From: Malacoraja senta
Lineage: Eukaryota
DNA: 64,000 bases
Assembly (NCBI GenBank): GCA_038087875.1
Contig: CM075979.1
Location: 41,850,001 to 41,914,000 of the forward strand
Direction: 5' to 3'
The notes beneath the pieces were generated by a model. It saw only the letters and a list, made by a program, of their open reading frames with translations. It made no database searches and was not told the DNA's origin. The translations under genes were made by a program, and so were the position numbers. Shown one piece after another: positions 61,040-64,000 of the stretch. Position 1 is the first letter of the stretch. Each line of letters begins with the position of its first letter.

Positions 61040-61398
61040 GTATACAATCATGAGAGGAATAGATTGGGGAGATGCACAGTCTCTTGCCTAGAGTAGGGGT
61101 ATTGAGGACAGAGGACACAGGTTTAAGGTGAAGAGGAAAAGATTTAATAGGAATCTGAACGGTAACTTTTTTCACACAAAGGGTAGTGGGTGTATGGAAC
61201 GAGCTGCCAGAGGAGGTAGTTGAGGCAGGGACTATTGTAATGTTTAAGAAACGGTTAGACAGGTACATGGATAGGACAAGTTCATAGGGATATGGGCCAA
61301 GAGCAGGCAGCCGGGACTTGTGTAGTTGGGACATTTTGGCCGGTGTGGACAAGTTGGGCCAAAAGGCCTGTTTGCCCGCTGTGTGACTCTATGACTAT
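61040..61398 (+). mobile_element. CR1 LINE 3' fragment (second subfamily, CTATGA tail)
   Basis: AGAGGACACAGGTTTAAGGTG..TTTTTCACACAAAGGGTAGTGGGTGTATGGAACGAGCTGCCAGAGG...GTGTGACTCTATGACTAT. Confidence 0.85.
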
Positions 61399-62184
61399 AA
61401 CTGGTATTAATATTGAAATGTGGATTGAGTTTGTTTGCTATTACAGATTCTGGCCACAGAGTGTCACTGTGAAACAACCTCACATATAAAGAGAGGTTCA
61501 GAAACCAAAGCAAGATTTGTATTAGATGCTAAAACCACAGCAAGCCTGAAGATGGGTCCCGACCCAAAACCTCACATATCCATGTTCTCTGCTGAGTTAC
61601 TCCAGCACTTTGGGTCTTTTTTTGTAAACCAACATCTTGAGTTCCTTGTTTCCACAAGATATGTACAGACTGGCCATGGGAGAGCAACAGTCTTGGTATT
61701 AAGATCTGTGGGAAAACCTCAGTACTGGTTTTTGATTCAATGCTATGGGTTGTTGTGTCCTCTCTGACACTGTTATAGTTTATATTATTTGTAAGGGTAC
61801 AGCATGGTAAGGCAGCACAGCTAAGTGGAATATACATTCTACACTGTGTGAGAAGACATGGACGTTTCCAGTCCCAGACAACAACACGTGCAGTAGGTGC
61901 ACAACACGTGGCTGTAGTGCCTTGAGCTCCATGGTTTGGCAGATGGAGTTACTGTGGTGCATCCAAGTACTTTGTGGATGGCATGTTTAAGAACGTGGTG
62001 GCTTTCAGTTTACGTGTGAGCAGGCAAACGGGGCATGAATGGCAATCAGGCAGAGTTGGAACAATGGGCAGCACACTCCTCTAACCCAGTCAAACTCTCG
62101 AACAGATAACACAGAGGAAGGCAGTCAGCGCCAGGAATATGGCACTCAAAGGTTCACCTGAAAAGGAGGAGAGGGAGAAAAGTG

Positions 62185-62500
62185 AAAGAACAATTGATAT
62201 AAGGGATTCAGTAGTTAGGTACAGTGACAGGCATTTCTGTGGCCTTGCATGCAACTCCAGGATGTTGCTTCTTTGGTGCCAAGATCAAGGATGTCATTTA
62301 GTGACTGCACAGCATCCCGAAAGGGGAGGTTGAACAACCTGGTCCATATCTGTACCAATGACACAGGTAGACAAAGGGATAATATACTGCATGTTGAGTT
62401 TAGGGAGAAAGGAAAGATTTAAAAGCAAGATCCCAAAACTAGTAACTTCAGGATTACTCCCAAAGTAAGTGCTAGTAAGTATAGAAATAGGAGAATAGAC
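62185..62500 (+). mobile_element. Degraded CR1 ORF1 (SGNH-esterase) fragment
   Basis: Translates to IDIRDSVVRYSDRHFCG..NSRM, resembling CR1 ORF1 VIGDSIVRGTDRRFCG..DSRMVCCLPGA. Downstream VH..TND and SGLLP remnants. Confidence 0.6.
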
Positions 62501-63099
62501 ATTGCCACTCGCACTTCCATCCCCCACTGTTGCATTTGCCATTGTTGTTCCTGCCTCTAATGCCTGCATCCCTCGCCTCCACCCACCAACAACCGCACGC
62601 CATTCAGGCTACTGGACCTTTCAGTCTACTGTTGTCAGTTCTATTGTCAGTCCTTCCTGTGCTGGCTTCCTCAGTCTACCACTGTGCTTGCTGCTACTAG
62701 CTCAAAGCTGCCTGTAGCTGGACCCTGCTCCTGCTGGCACCATACTGCACCCAGCAACGTCATTCCAAGCATATTACAGAGAATGAAAACAAATACTGTC
62801 CAGCACTTATTCAGACAGAACCTAGAATGTCTAAGTTTCTTATTTCCTTCAATATAAGTATCATTTGTTCATCTGCAACTCTATCTAATCCAATCTCACT
62901 TTTCCCTTACTTCCTGTTTCTTCCAACATCCTGCACACTCTAATCCTAACATCATCCACTCACTCTAATTTTTGTGAGATTACCAGTAGTCCTTCGAGCT
63001 GAATGCTGGCTCCAACCCACCATAGCTGCTGCCATCATGGAAGATGAACTGTAACAATATGATGCCAGCACTGAAAACGGGGTCTTTTGTCATACTAAC

Positions 63100-63226
63100 T
63101 TTGTGCTGTGTTTATCAACCACATCCTTTATCCGTGGAGGATCCCAGTATATGCGAGTCGTCAGCTGCCCTGGTTCCGCCACCTTTTCACGAGACCCTGG
63201 GCACTTTATCCTGGGAGGTTCGTAAT
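63100..63226 (-). CDS. SRPX2: SRPX2 exon, HYR domain first half (gene continues beyond the window)
   Basis: TTTTTAACAG|AT...AA|GTTAGT. Encodes YEPPRIKCPGSREKVAEPGQLTTRIYWDPPRIKDVVDKHST. Phase 1-2. Confidence 0.9.
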
Positions 63227-63834
63227 CTGTTAAAAATAAACAATTATTATTTGTTTTTACTAATCCAACCCATGGTGAAGGCCATGACCAATGGCATGGA
63301 TTGCTTTGCAGTTGTTGGCAGCTCTGAGAAAAAAAAAATATTTACAGTATGTGTGCTATAATAGGGAGGTAGATCCCATATACAATTTAGAACATGGTCT
63401 AATTGCATAATTATTAGGGGCATAAACCCTATCTGATTTCTTGCCTTGTTAGCCTTGGGACTCATTTCAAATGCAAACAGTTCTATCATTTCTTAGCTGA
63501 GACTACTTAACCCAGGGCATGCCAGTGATCTGGCTGTTATCTACTGGGACAGTATAGCCAGATAATGTACAGTATTTCCAAAATATGTATCTACTGGCTG
63601 AGAAGATCGAGGCAATTGTATATATATGGCTGTCTGCTGAGTTGTTCCAGGCAATAAAATGTCTACCTTCGGAAATTTGTTGGTTCTTTGTTCTCTGGCA
63701 GGTTCCAGTTAAGCCAAGTTAAAGTAAGAGAAATTCCTCTTCCTGATGTTGAACTAGTTTAGCCAATGATCTTAGTTCTCCTCAGGCACTGAATCACAAC
63801 AAGTAAACTGTTCCTAAAACTGCATCAAGTTAAC

Positions 63835-63879
63835 AATATTATTTTATTATTTATTTATTATTTATTTTATTTATTTATT
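63835..63879. repeat. (TTAT)n AT-rich microsatellite, probably a retroelement tail
   Basis: ATTATTTTATTATTTATTTATTATTTATTTTATTTATTTATT. Confidence 0.8.
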
Positions 63880-64000
63880 CCGAACAAGTAAAGACATTAA
63901 AGACATTGATATTAACAAAATCGAAATTATCAAACAATTGAACATTGCAATCAACATTTACAAATGAGAAGAACAAAATCAAGGTTCCAATGTCCAACTC

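Overview
Eukaryotic (vertebrate) genomic DNA. The repeat content (HE1-like V-SINEs, CR1 LINEs with TATGTTTC/TATTGTC tails, Penelope-like fragments) points to a cartilaginous fish, probably a skate or ray. I reconstructed three spliced protein-coding genes by hand with consistent GT-AG sites and exon phases. (1) A 4-exon, 225-aa GATD3/ES1/ElbB-like DJ-1-superfamily gene on the minus strand (8219-15089) that has no mitochondrial presequence. (2) Divergently transcribed from it, a 9-exon, ~865-aa gene on the plus strand (19604-32067). It encodes three tandem 6-TM repeats resembling the SatP/YaaH/Ady2 (GPR1/FUN34/YaaH) acetate-channel family, fused to a C-terminal YrdC/Sua5 domain with an altered KxR motif. 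This is the most interesting object in the window. (3) The 3' six exons of SRPX2 on the minus strand, whose last three exons lie in a near-perfect 10.4-kb tandem duplication (32238-42650 / 42651-53065). Also present are an intronic tRNA-Phe(GAA), a composite non-autonomous Helitron with a 36-bp minisatellite, a DNA transposon with a 7-bp TSD, a Harbinger-like MITE, Penelope-like fragments with hammerhead-ribozyme core motifs and a ~150-bp hairpin. All family assignments come from remembered motifs, not database searches.
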